Part shown: positions 1 through 9,341 of the stretch, in pieces
How positions within the stretch are numbered: position 1 is the stretch's first letter
How the letters are laid out: the number at the start of each line of letters is the position of its first letter
NCBI GenBank assembly: GCA_963677485.1
Contig: OY781964.1
Coordinates: 3,680,001-3,744,000 of the forward strand
DNA from: Armatimonadota bacterium
Lineage (GTDB): Bacteria > Armatimonadota > HRBIN16
Direction of reading: 5' to 3'
DNA length: 64,000 bases
Translations under genes and position numbers: made by a program
The notes under the pieces: model-generated
What the model saw: the letters and a program-made list of their open reading frames with translations, nothing else
What the model was told of the DNA's origin: nothing
Databases searched by the model: none

Positions 1-725
1 GGATAGCCATAATAGCTGATATCCATGGCAACCTGCCAGCCTTGCAAGCAGTCCTCAAGGATGTAGAGGAGGCAGGTGTGGAGCAGGTGTGGAACCTGGG
101 CGACAACGTGGGGTACGGTCCATATCCCAATGAGGTTGTTGAGCAATTGCAGCAGATCGGTGCGATTAATGTGCTGGGGAACTACGACAAGAAAGCATTT
201 ACCATGCAGGATCGTCCTAAGAGTTGGCGTGCCCGTAAAGACCCCATAAAACTGCGGCTTCTTGAACTCGCCGCAGAACAGACCTCACCCGAATACCAGC
301 AGTGGAGCCTCAGACAGCCCGAAATCATCACCCAGCAAATGGACCAGCGCTGGGTGTTGATGACACACTGCAGTCCTCGCTCCCAAAAACAGGCGATCAC
401 GCCTCAGACACCGAACGCGGAGTTGAAGGCAATATCCACAGGCATCGAAGCGGCCCTGATCGTGATGGGCCATTCTCACCAGACGATGTGGCGGCAATTA
501 GCCGGGATTAGCTGGGCCAACCCTGGCAGTGTGGGCCGACAACATGACGGCGACCCTCGGGCACGATACGCCTTGCTGGATATGGGGCCAAAGAGTCTTC
601 GCTTTTATCCGAAAATTGTGGAATATGATATTGATGCACTGTGCAAGCGGTGTAAGGAGCTGGGCTATCCCAAGCCTGTGCTTCAAGTATTTACTCTCGG
701 AAGAGGGTTGGAATGGATAGTGTAA
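1..725 (+). CDS. Metallophosphoesterase (calcineurin-like, YfcE/MJ0936 type); 5' end lies outside the window
   Basis: Frame is open from base 3 (IAIIADIHGNLPAL). Motifs DIHGN, GDNVGYG, GNYD, GHSH, NPGSVG. Confidence 0.9.
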   Translation, partial: IAIIADIHGNLPALQAVLKDVEEAGVEQVWNLGDNVGYGPYPNEVVEQLQQIGAINVLGNYDKKAFTMQDRPKSWRARKDPIKLRLLELAAEQTSPEYQQWSLRQPEIITQQMDQRWVLMTHCSPRSQKQAITPQTPNAELKAISTGIEAALIVMGHSHQTMWRQLAGISWANPGSVGRQHDGDPRARYALLDMGPKSLRFYPKIVEYDIDALCKRCKELGYPKPVLQVFTLGRGLEWIV

Positions 726-2108
726 ATGGCAACCAACATAAGGCAATTGAAGTTCGGAATATCCAGTGTTCGAGGTGTTGTGGGCGAGGCTTTAACCCCT
801 GAACTTGCTGTGAACCTGAGCTGCGCTCTGGGTGCCTGGGCTGATGGCGGAAAAGTCATCGTCGCCCGAGACACCAGGCGTAGTTCCCAAATGCTCTACA
901 ATGCAGTCACCTGCGGACTGATCTCCAGTGGCTGTGAAGTGATCGACATCGGCATCACCACTACTCCGCTGGCGAGTTGGAGTGTGCGTGACCAGAAAGC
1001 AGCGGCTGGCGTGTGTATCACCGGCAGCCACAATGACGCCCGTTGGAACGCGTTGAAGTTCCTGGACGCTGATGGCGCATTGATGAACTCCGCCAAGAGC
1101 GAAGAGCTGCTTGACATTTACCACGCGGCAGCGTTCTTAAACACCCGCTGGGACGGTCTGAAACCGGTCAGCACGTGCGAAGGCGTGCCCGATGGCTACA
1201 TCGATAACCTGCTGAGCCTGGTGGATGCAGAGGCGATATCCAAGCGAAAGTTCCGCGTCGCAGTGGATTTCTGCAACGGCGCGGCCATTGAGCCGTTCAA
1301 AAAGCTGTTCGAGAAGATCAACGCTACCTTACTTCCTCTCAATGACCAGCCAACGGGTGAATTTGCCCACATGCCCACACCGACTCCGGTGAACATGCGT
1401 CAGTTGGCCGCTTTGATGCCGCACCTCAACGCCGACTTGGGTGCTGTGGTGAACATCGATGGCGACCGATGTGCGTTTCTCACGGAATCTGGGCAGGCCC
1501 TCTCTGAGGAATACACGCTGCCGATGGCTGTGATGGGGCTGATCGGGAATCGGCCCGGCGGGGTGGTGACCAACCTGAGTTCCTCCAGCATGATCGATGC
1601 TGTGGTCAAACAGTCTGGTGGTCGCGTGGTGCGCACATCGGTGGGTGAGGCCTCGGTTATCAGCGCGGCCGTGACTCGCGGAATGCGCTTGGCAGGAGAG
1701 GGCAGCGGCACCATCGCAGCACCACCGGAAGTGAACAGTTTTGACGCCATACTGGCACTGCTGAGTGTTCTGGAGCAGTTAGCTTTGGGAAATGTGAGCA
1801 TGAGCCAACTGGCTTCATCGCTTCCCGTCTCGCATATGTGCAAGGGGCAGGTGGAGATGCCGCCCACCAGCAGCTACCAACTGCTGGACCTTCTGAGGAA
1901 ATACTACGAAGATGAGCAGCCAAGTATGCAGGATGGTATCCGGGTGGAGTGGCCAGATAAGTGGCTGCATATCCGGGCCAGCAACACTGAACCGCTGCTT
2001 AGAATGATCTGCGAGGCTGACACGCTCGAGAAAGCTCAACAGCTTTACTCTGAGACGATGAGCCTTGTGAACCGCTTCGCTGCCTCTGGAGGAGTAAGAC
2101 ATGCCTAA
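726..2108 (+). CDS. Alpha-D-phosphohexomutase (PGM/PMM/GlmM family), copy 1
   Basis: FGISSVRG, TGSHN phosphoserine loop, NIDGDR metal loop, GEGSG, RASNTEP. Confidence 0.9.
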   Translation: MATNIRQLKFGISSVRGVVGEALTPELAVNLSCALGAWADGGKVIVARDTRRSSQMLYNAVTCGLISSGCEVIDIGITTTPLASWSVRDQKAAAGVCITGSHNDARWNALKFLDADGALMNSAKSEELLDIYHAAAFLNTRWDGLKPVSTCEGVPDGYIDNLLSLVDAEAISKRKFRVAVDFCNGAAIEPFKKLFEKINATLLPLNDQPTGEFAHMPTPTPVNMRQLAALMPHLNADLGAVVNIDGDRCAFLTESGQALSEEYTLPMAVMGLIGNRPGGVVTNLSSSSMIDAVVKQSGGRVVRTSVGEASVISAAVTRGMRLAGEGSGTIAAPPEVNSFDAILALLSVLEQLALGNVSMSQLASSLPVSHMCKGQVEMPPTSSYQLLDLLRKYYEDEQPSMQDGIRVEWPDKWLHIRASNTEPLLRMICEADTLEKAQQLYSETMSLVNRFAASGGVRHA

Positions 2109-3462
2109 ACCATCATCTTTGAAAATCGGAGTATCGGGTGTCCGCGGAATTGTAGGTGAAAGCCTCTCTCCGCAACTGGTCACCACTTTTGCCGCTGCGT
2201 TCGGATGCCATACCGGCCGAGGACCCATCCTGGTAGGCACCGACAGCCGTCCCAGCCGTGAAATGGTGAAGCGCGGTGTCATCGCCGGACTGCTGAGTGT
2301 GGGCTGCCAGCCCATCGACCTTGGCGTATTGCCCGTACCGGCCCTGCAGCACCATATTCGCCAGGTGAAGGCGCTGGGGGGCATCTGTGTGACCGCCAGC
2401 CATAACCCTGTGGAGTGGAACGCGTTGAAGTTCTTTGCCGAGGACGGCATTCTGCTGAGGCCGAACCAGGCTGCAGAGCTGACCGACCTTTACCATCAGG
2501 GTGTGTTCCCCAGAGTGCCTGCGAACGAGATCGCGGAGCTGTTATACGACGACACCGCTATCCTGAAGCATTGCGAATCTGTGCTCAGCCATGTGGATGT
2601 GGAGGCGATACGGGCGAAACACTTCCGCGTGGTATGCGACTGCTGCAACGGAGCCGCCAGCATCGCCACCCCCATGTTCTTAAAAATGCTGGGCTGCGAT
2701 GTGGTAGCGATTAATGACAACATTGACCTGCCGTTCCCGCATAACCCGGAACCTGTGCCTGAGAACCTTGGGCAGATTTGCGATGCCGTGAAGAAATACG
2801 GTGGCGAGGTGGGCTTTGTTCAGGACGCCGATGCGGACCGATTGGCATTAGTCAATGAGTTCGGCAATCCGGTGGGCGAGGAGTATACGCTGGCGTTGGG
2901 CATTTTGCATATAGCCGGCCGATCACAAAATCCTGTGGTGGTGAACATCAGCAGCAGTCGCTTAAGCGAAGACGCCGCAGCACTCTGCGGAGTGCCGATG
3001 GTTTATGCCAAAGTGGGCGAAGTGAACGTGGTGCAGAAGATGCTGGAGCTGGGTGCCATCGTGGGTGGCGAAGGCAACGGTGGTCTGATCGTGCCCGCCA
3101 TCAACCCTTGCCGTGACTCCTTCGTGGGGATGGCATTGATGCTGGAGGCACTGGCCATGAGCGGTTTGAGCATGAGCGAATATGCCAACAAGCTGCCGCA
3201 TTACGCTCTGGCTCGCCGCAAGATCGGCATTCCTGCTCGGTTGATACAACCTGCTCTGGCGAAGCTTCAGGAACACTACGCTGGTCAGACGATGAATTTC
3301 ATCGATGGTCTGAAAATACTGTGGCCGGATGCTTGGCTGCAGGCCCGCGGCAGCAACACTGAGCCTATCATGAGGGTCATCGCGGAGGCTCCCACTCAAC
3401 AAAAGGCCGATGAGCTGGCTGACGGCGGTTTACGTGTGATTGCGGAGATGCAGAATGGCTGA
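2101..3462 (+). CDS. Alpha-D-phosphohexomutase (phosphoglucosamine mutase/PMM-like), copy 2
   Basis: GVSGVRG, TASHNP, DADADR, GEGNGG, RGSNTEP. GGAG RBS; 8-nt overlap with the upstream gene. Confidence 0.92.
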   Translation: MPKPSSLKIGVSGVRGIVGESLSPQLVTTFAAAFGCHTGRGPILVGTDSRPSREMVKRGVIAGLLSVGCQPIDLGVLPVPALQHHIRQVKALGGICVTASHNPVEWNALKFFAEDGILLRPNQAAELTDLYHQGVFPRVPANEIAELLYDDTAILKHCESVLSHVDVEAIRAKHFRVVCDCCNGAASIATPMFLKMLGCDVVAINDNIDLPFPHNPEPVPENLGQICDAVKKYGGEVGFVQDADADRLALVNEFGNPVGEEYTLALGILHIAGRSQNPVVVNISSSRLSEDAAALCGVPMVYAKVGEVNVVQKMLELGAIVGGEGNGGLIVPAINPCRDSFVGMALMLEALAMSGLSMSEYANKLPHYALARRKIGIPARLIQPALAKLQEHYAGQTMNFIDGLKILWPDAWLQARGSNTEPIMRVIAEAPTQQKADELADGGLRVIAEMQNG

Positions 3463-5050
3463 GAACTCGTCTCCGGACTTCGGCCGTGTAGTGAGCTTCA
3501 TGGATGTGGGCACCAACTCAGCCCGACTGCTGATGGTGCGCATCAATCCGAACCACTCCTATACCGTGCTGACCTCACAAAAGGAGGTTGTGCGGCTGGG
3601 TGAGGGGGAGTTCAGTGACGACGAAGTGTTACAACCGGAGGCGATGCAGCGCGCTTTGGATGTGCTTAGCCGATTCTCTGCTTTGGCTAAGCACTACCAG
3701 GCAACGGAAGTGATCGCAGTGGCGACATCCGCCACCCGTGAAGCGAATAACCAAGCGGACTTCCTGAAGATGCTGATGAAGGAGTGCAACCTTGAGCTTC
3801 GGGTCATCAGCGGAAAAGAGGAGGCTCGCCTGGTCTACCTGGGAGTCTCCAGCGGAGTCGATCTTGCAGATACCAAAGCGATGTTTATCGACATCGGAGG
3901 CGGTTCCACGGAGCTGGCGTATGGCGGCCAGCACCAATATGATTACCTTGACATGTTCAAGCTGGGTGCCATACGGCTGACGCAGCTCTATTTCCTGCCG
4001 GGTGAGCCGGAACCAGTGGCTCCATCGCGGTATGCGCTGATTAAGAACTATGTGCGTAACACGGCGATTCGTGCCATCAACCGGCTGAGGGAAGAAGACA
4101 CCAGCATCTGCTACGGTTCGTCCGGCACCATCATGAACATTGGCGAAATGATCATGCAACGGTCCGAGAAGCGCAGGCTGGTGCGGGATGATGTGGTCAG
4201 CCTGGAGCAGATCAAGGAGCTGGCGGCGCATCTCTGCTCACTTTCGCTGGAGGACCGGCGCAAGGTGCCGGGCATGAACCCGGAACGGGCGGATATCATC
4301 GTATCGGGCATCGCCGTGCTGGAAACATTGTTGACCGAAATCGGTGTGAAGCAGATATGCATCAGCGAACGCAGCCTGCGAGACGGCCTGCTGGTGGACT
4401 ACCTGGGCCGTATGGGCATCGGTGCTTACGCGGAGCAGATGAGCACCCGCGAACGCAGCGTGCTGCAGTTGGCTCGGAGTTGCCACTTTGATGAGCACCA
4501 TGCCAACACCGTGGCTGCGTTGTCGGATCAGATGTTTGAAGGGCTGCGGGAGTGCCGGCTTCTTACTCTTGGCGAGGAGGAGCGTGAGCTGCTTCATTAT
4601 GCCTGCCTGCTGCACGACATCGGCACCTTCCTGAGCTACACCAACCACGACCAGCATAGCTATTACCTCGTGAAGAACACCGATATGCTGGGCTTCGACC
4701 AAAAGGAGCTGGAGATGATGGCGGTGGTGTCGATGTTCCACCGAAAAAGCTGGCCCAAGAGGAGCTGCCCGGAGCTGGCTGAGTTTGATGATGAACGGCT
4801 GGCTTGCGTGCGCCAGTTAGCGGTGATTTTACGGATTGCGGAGAGCCTGGACCGCACCCATATGGACGTGGTGAAGCAGGTGCGCATTGAGCCGATTGAC
4901 AAGAAGCGGGTGGCTCTTATGGCCCGCGCTGAGGGCGATTGCCAACTGGAAGCCTGGGGCACCAGTAACCATGTGAACAGCTTCCGCAAGGCCTTCGGCC
5001 GCAGCGTGGAGCTTCGCATCGAGCAGGTGGACGCCCCCAGCGCATCGTAG
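3455..5050 (+). CDS. ppx: Exopolyphosphatase / pppGpp phosphohydrolase (Ppx/GppA) with C-terminal HD domain
   Basis: DVGTNS, ATSATREA, EEARL, DIGGGSTE, RADII, LRDG, LLHDIG. ATG at 3455. Confidence 0.93.
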   Translation: MAENSSPDFGRVVSFMDVGTNSARLLMVRINPNHSYTVLTSQKEVVRLGEGEFSDDEVLQPEAMQRALDVLSRFSALAKHYQATEVIAVATSATREANNQADFLKMLMKECNLELRVISGKEEARLVYLGVSSGVDLADTKAMFIDIGGGSTELAYGGQHQYDYLDMFKLGAIRLTQLYFLPGEPEPVAPSRYALIKNYVRNTAIRAINRLREEDTSICYGSSGTIMNIGEMIMQRSEKRRLVRDDVVSLEQIKELAAHLCSLSLEDRRKVPGMNPERADIIVSGIAVLETLLTEIGVKQICISERSLRDGLLVDYLGRMGIGAYAEQMSTRERSVLQLARSCHFDEHHANTVAALSDQMFEGLRECRLLTLGEEERELLHYACLLHDIGTFLSYTNHDQHSYYLVKNTDMLGFDQKELEMMAVVSMFHRKSWPKRSCPELAEFDDERLACVRQLAVILRIAESLDRTHMDVVKQVRIEPIDKKRVALMARAEGDCQLEAWGTSNHVNSFRKAFGRSVELRIEQVDAPSAS

Positions 5051-5220
5051 GTGCTTCGCGTACGGTGCCCTGACCGGATTCCTAGACGCGGATAGGGGAT
5101 TGTCTGAACCGAGGGTTACGCGGATAGAGCGGATGGGGGATTATCTGAACCACGGATTACACGGATTGAACGGATAGGTTCGGATGGGAGCGAGGCCAAT
5201 CGGGTGATTGGCGTGCAGGG
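5044..5220. repeat. Composite REP-like dispersed repeat, family A copy 1
   Basis: Colinear similarity to 11278-11493: GTAG head, CGGAT units at 9-10 nt spacing, and GCCAATC-GGGT-GATTGGC hairpin. Confidence 0.85.
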
Positions 5221-5228
5221 TCTGTCGT

Positions 5229-5254
5229 GTAAGGGCGGTTCGCGAACCGCCCTT
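5229..5254. repeat. GTAG-type REP hairpin
   Basis: GTAAGGGCGGTTCGCGAACCGCCCTT; palindromic, resembles the GTAGGGGC REP class. Confidence 0.75.
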
Positions 5255-5322
5255 CTTGCATGCGACATGGCCATTTGTGCCTCATTATGTCAACCGCTCC
5301 GAATCGTCATCAACTGTAACCT

Positions 5323-5425
5323 TCCGGGCACCCACGGAGTGGGTAAGATTCATTACAGCCAGGGGTGAGCGCAGCGATACCCCTGGAATACGTCGAAATA
5401 TCCTTACCCTCGAATGAGGGTCGTT
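5323..5425. repeat. About 100-bp three-hairpin REP/MITE unit, family D, solo copy
   Basis: Closely similar to 31903-32000 and to the reverse complement of 32030-32129. Confidence 0.85.
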
Positions 5426-5446
5426 TCATCCATAATCTCCCCAGCC

Positions 5447-5475
5447 TTGACTTGCCACGTTGGAAAGGGTATAAC
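5447..5475 (+). promoter_or_regulatory. Sigma70-type promoter
   Basis: TTGACT-17 nt-TATAAC upstream of the ORF at 5574. Confidence 0.6.
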
Positions 5476-5573
5476 CAAATCGGAGCGTCACACGACATAT
5501 GTGTCCGCTGCACATAATTACTGAAAGCAGCCAATGGAGCCTTCTGGGCAAATAACACACAAGGATACACCCG

Positions 5574-6317
5574 ATGAATCAACAAGAACCGCACACACCA
5601 GCGCGTTGGGAATCATGGCGATCACGCTTTGAAATCCTACTTGCCCACATACCAGAGCAGTTTTTTTTGAGAGTATGTGAAATCTGGAAAATGCAGTTCC
5701 GGGTCCATGACGAAGTGTTTGAGGCGGTTTGCGATGGCCACTTTAGAACCAATGAACCATTACTGAGTTTTTCGTTTTCGGGACATTGGTGTGTTGACGG
5801 TGATAACACTATGCTTGATGATGTTATCGACATTAACTGTATTCACAGTGAGTCGTTCACTAGCGACATTGATATTGCCACGATGGGGCCAAACTCGCTC
5901 AATCGCGAACACCGTTATGACTGTGTCTGGGGTTGGCGTAGAATGCGACTTGATGAAGTATGGCAGGATGAGGTTGATCAGATATGGGACCGATCGGCGC
6001 AGTTGTTGAGTCAGATGCCATATTTAGCCGTTCGGTCACTGAGCAGTCCACTCAGCTTTTGTTATGCTGATGTGGTGTCGCACAAAGTCGATCATCTGTA
6101 TGATGATGAATTGGCAAGCAAATTCAACTGTCCAACATTTCACGCTCAGTGGGAGCTCGTTGGCACAGATGCAGACCACGCGGTTGTGGTGAGAATCACC
6201 AGCTTTGCCCTTATAGGTGCGAACTGGGGTGATGATCCACTGTTAGTTCAGCGTAGTGCAGAGCTCCCATGCACTCGGGGAGTGCATGGGAAGACAAATA
6301 TTGTCAGTAGAGTGTAA
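5574..6317 (+). CDS. Hypothetical protein (ORFan-like, lower GC)
   Basis: 247-aa ORF with AAGGA RBS and an upstream promoter; no recognised motif. Confidence 0.6.
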   Translation: MNQQEPHTPARWESWRSRFEILLAHIPEQFFLRVCEIWKMQFRVHDEVFEAVCDGHFRTNEPLLSFSFSGHWCVDGDNTMLDDVIDINCIHSESFTSDIDIATMGPNSLNREHRYDCVWGWRRMRLDEVWQDEVDQIWDRSAQLLSQMPYLAVRSLSSPLSFCYADVVSHKVDHLYDDELASKFNCPTFHAQWELVGTDADHAVVVRITSFALIGANWGDDPLLVQRSAELPCTRGVHGKTNIVSRV

Positions 6318-6419
6318 GTGGCAGATATGCGGTCATGATGCACTGGAGTCCTCCTGACCAACTGTTATAAACGTCATTACAGCATCTTGGTCGGAACGAA
6401 TGGATGGGGTTAAATCATT

Positions 6420-6938
6420 TTGAAGCTAAACAAAGTCGTCATGCTGGCAGTGTTGGTTGTTGCTGCATCTGCGATATTCAACCCATTGATGGAGATGTTC
6501 CGGAATAAACATACTCACATCTATCTTCCTGGAGGCTATGAACTATATTCCCTTCATGGAATCAGAATGTCGTGGAGACCTTCTTCGGAAGAATTGAAGT
6601 TGGTGGCTAACAATTCGGACATAGAATTTCCAGATAAGAGAACGATAGGTCCAAATATCGATGGATATCGTGCTTACAAAAATGTCATAACCGGCCACAT
6701 CAGACCTTTTATCGGCGAACCAACCCAGGAGATCGAGTTTTCTCCTTCCGTAGAAAAACGGACAGGGTATTTTATCGTAGAAATCGACACCAAGAAGGTG
6801 TACGGTGGGTTGGGCAAGCGAGATTGGATCAGGATGCTCAAAACATATGGAATTGATAAGGAACCTGCATTACGCAGGTTTTCCTGGCGAGATCAGAACT
6901 CAAGGCTTACTATTCCTCAAGCTGAAGAACCAAAATAG
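6420..6938 (+). CDS. Hypothetical membrane-anchored or secreted protein (weak DUF3997-like pattern)
   Basis: N-terminal hydrophobic segment; LPGGYEL...GYFIV...GL pattern. Confidence 0.65.
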   Translation: MKLNKVVMLAVLVVAASAIFNPLMEMFRNKHTHIYLPGGYELYSLHGIRMSWRPSSEELKLVANNSDIEFPDKRTIGPNIDGYRAYKNVITGHIRPFIGEPTQEIEFSPSVEKRTGYFIVEIDTKKVYGGLGKRDWIRMLKTYGIDKEPALRRFSWRDQNSRLTIPQAEEPK

Positions 6939-7098
6939 TAGCTATCTGCTGAGCTGGACAGACGGCACTGACATGCTGATGACCCACTAATTTACAAAAC
7001 CCCTCTTTCATCACCACCTCTCAGTGCATCCTTCCGCTATCTGCGATACACTTAAATCTAGTGTCAATACTAACAGACGGACAGGAATACAACTCCCC

Positions 7099-8295
7099 AT
7101 GAAATTCGATTGGATAGATGGTGCTGTGACCGCTCCCAAGGGCTTTTCGGCCTGCGGAGTGCGCTGCGGCTTGAAACAGGCTGGTCCCGACCTGGCCCTT
7201 ATATATAGTGAACGAGCCGATACCACCGTGGCCGGCGTGTTCACGCAGAATCAAGCGTGCGCCGCCAGCGTGCGCTTCAGCCAACTGGTGGTGGAGGGCG
7301 GCAAAGCCCAGGCGATCGTGGCGAATGCAGGCAACGCGAACGCCTTGACCGGTGAGCAGGGCTTTGTGGCCAACGCGGCCATGGCGCAGCGAGCCGCAGA
7401 GCTCCTTGGGATTAGCCCTCGGGCGGTGATCACCGCCAGTACCGGCGTCACCGGACAGTTGCTGCCGCTGGAGAAAATCCAGGCGGGGCTTGCACTCGCC
7501 GTACCCGAGCTAAGTGAAGAAGGCGGAGCGGACGCGGCGGAAGCAATCCGCACCACAGACACTTACGCCAAGCGCGAAGCGATTGTGATGCATCTGCCCG
7601 AAGGTGATGTGCGACTGGGAGCGATCTGCAAGGGATCCGGGATGATCGCGCCGAATATGGCTACGATGCTTTGCTTCATCACCACAGATGCCATCATCAC
7701 GGCCTCGCGGCTGCAGCAGTGCCTGCGCGATGCGGTGGAGCGCAGCTTCAACTGCGTGACGGTGGACGCGGACACCAGCACGAACGACATGCTGGTGGTG
7801 TTGGCCAATGGCGCGAGCGGTGTGGACGTGAACCGCTACATGAACGAGTTCCAACTGGCGCTTGAGGCTCTCTGCGTGAAGCTGGCCCGGCAGATGGCTG
7901 CCGACGGTGAAGGCGCTACCAAGCTGGTGGAGATCGTGGTGCAGGGTGCCAGAACATACTCAGAGGCGCGTGTGGTGGGCAAGACCATCGGCGAGTCGAT
8001 GCTGGTGAAGACGGCACTGTTCGGCAACGATCCCAACTGGGGGCGAATCCTGGCGGCCGCGGGTCGCAGCGGAGTGGAGCTTGATATCGACCGGGTGGCG
8101 ATCTCCATGGCGGGTACGCCGGTGTGTGCTTACGGTCAGCCGGTGCCCTTTGATGCCCCTGCGGTGAGTGACGCCATGAAGGCCAAGGAGCTGCCCATCG
8201 TGGTAGAGCTTGGGCTGGGCACGGAGAGCTGCACCGTGTGGACATGTGACCTTAGCTACGAGTATGTTCGAATCAACGCGGAATACCATACCTAA
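7099..8295 (+). CDS. argJ: Bifunctional ornithine acetyltransferase / N-acetylglutamate synthase
   Basis: GNANA, ASTGV, TTDT, KGSGMIAPNMATML, DTSTND, DGEGATK, DPNWGRI, C-terminal INAEYHT. Confidence 0.97.
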   Translation: MKFDWIDGAVTAPKGFSACGVRCGLKQAGPDLALIYSERADTTVAGVFTQNQACAASVRFSQLVVEGGKAQAIVANAGNANALTGEQGFVANAAMAQRAAELLGISPRAVITASTGVTGQLLPLEKIQAGLALAVPELSEEGGADAAEAIRTTDTYAKREAIVMHLPEGDVRLGAICKGSGMIAPNMATMLCFITTDAIITASRLQQCLRDAVERSFNCVTVDADTSTNDMLVVLANGASGVDVNRYMNEFQLALEALCVKLARQMAADGEGATKLVEIVVQGARTYSEARVVGKTIGESMLVKTALFGNDPNWGRILAAAGRSGVELDIDRVAISMAGTPVCAYGQPVPFDAPAVSDAMKAKELPIVVELGLGTESCTVWTCDLSYEYVRINAEYHT

Positions 8296-8330
8296 AATTT
8301 CTGAGTAAACCCATAGGGAGGCTGTTATCT

Positions 8331-9245
8331 ATGAATGTAACCACAGTTGAGTATGCAGGCTGGAAAAACTGTCTGCGGGTTGAGAACGGCGAGGTCGAAC
8401 TGATCATCACCACGGATGTGGGCCCGCGAATCATCCACTTTGGCTTCATTGGCGGCGCCAATGAGTTTGTGGTATTCGAGGACTCGAAGGGCAAAACCGG
8501 CGGTGACGAGTGGCGTGGCTACGGCGGTCACCGTCTGTGGCATGCTCCGGAGGAGAACCCGCGAACCTACTCATCGGATAACTCGCCGGTGGAGTGGAAG
8601 CTGGAAGACAACATGCTGCACATCAAGCAGCCTGTGGAGGCCTCGACGGGCATTCGCAAAGAGATGCTGATCTCGCTGGACGAGAAGCAGAACAAGGTGG
8701 TGGTGGGGCATCTTCTCACGAACACCAATTTGTGGGCCATCGAGCTGGCCCCCTGGGCGCTGTCTATGATGGCTCCCGGCGGCACCTGCATCCTTCCTCA
8801 GGAAGAGTTCGCACCGCAGCCTGAGTCGCTGCTGCCCGCCCGTCCGTTGGTGATGTGGACATACACCAACTTCAGCGATCCGCGCTGGACGCTGGGACCG
8901 AAATACATGCGTCTACGCCAGGATGTGAACCGCAGTGACCCCCAAAAGGCTGGCATCTTGAACACCAAGGGCTGGGCAGGATATAACAACGGCGACCGGC
9001 TGTTCATCAAGAGCTTCCCCTATATCGCCGATGAGACTTATCCCGACTGGGGATGCAACTGCGAGACCTTCACCAACGAGGCCATGCTGGAAGTGGAGAG
9101 CGTGGGCGGTACGGTGAAACTTCAACCCGGCCAGACGGAATTCCACCCGGAGACATGGTGGCTGTTCAAGGGCTTCAAGGCGCCTGAGAGCGACGACCAG
9201 CTTGAGGCCGCGCTTAAACCGCTGCTGGAGAAGGTGCTCGGGTAG
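8331..9245 (+). CDS. Conserved hypothetical protein, galactose-mutarotase-like fold (DUF4380-like)
   Basis: DVGPRI, YGGHRLWHAPE, LEVES motifs; GGAGG RBS. Confidence 0.75.
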   Translation: MNVTTVEYAGWKNCLRVENGEVELIITTDVGPRIIHFGFIGGANEFVVFEDSKGKTGGDEWRGYGGHRLWHAPEENPRTYSSDNSPVEWKLEDNMLHIKQPVEASTGIRKEMLISLDEKQNKVVVGHLLTNTNLWAIELAPWALSMMAPGGTCILPQEEFAPQPESLLPARPLVMWTYTNFSDPRWTLGPKYMRLRQDVNRSDPQKAGILNTKGWAGYNNGDRLFIKSFPYIADETYPDWGCNCETFTNEAMLEVESVGGTVKLQPGQTEFHPETWWLFKGFKAPESDDQLEAALKPLLEKVLG

Positions 9246-9267
9246 ATCCGCGCCAAGCATGAAGAAG

Positions 9268-9292
9268 AGGGCATCCTTCGGGATGCCCTTTA
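9268..9292 (+). terminator. Rho-independent terminator
   Basis: AGGGCATCC-TTCG-GGATGCCCT followed by TT. Confidence 0.75.
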
Positions 9293-9341
9293 TCGCATAT
9301 ATTGTGGAACATCGTCGATGAATCGATCAGGAGGATACCGG

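Noticed and set aside
5080-5190. Possible CRISPR array in the CGGAT repeats
   Set aside because: Units are only 9-10 nt, there are no unique 30-40 nt spacers, and no cas genes are present.
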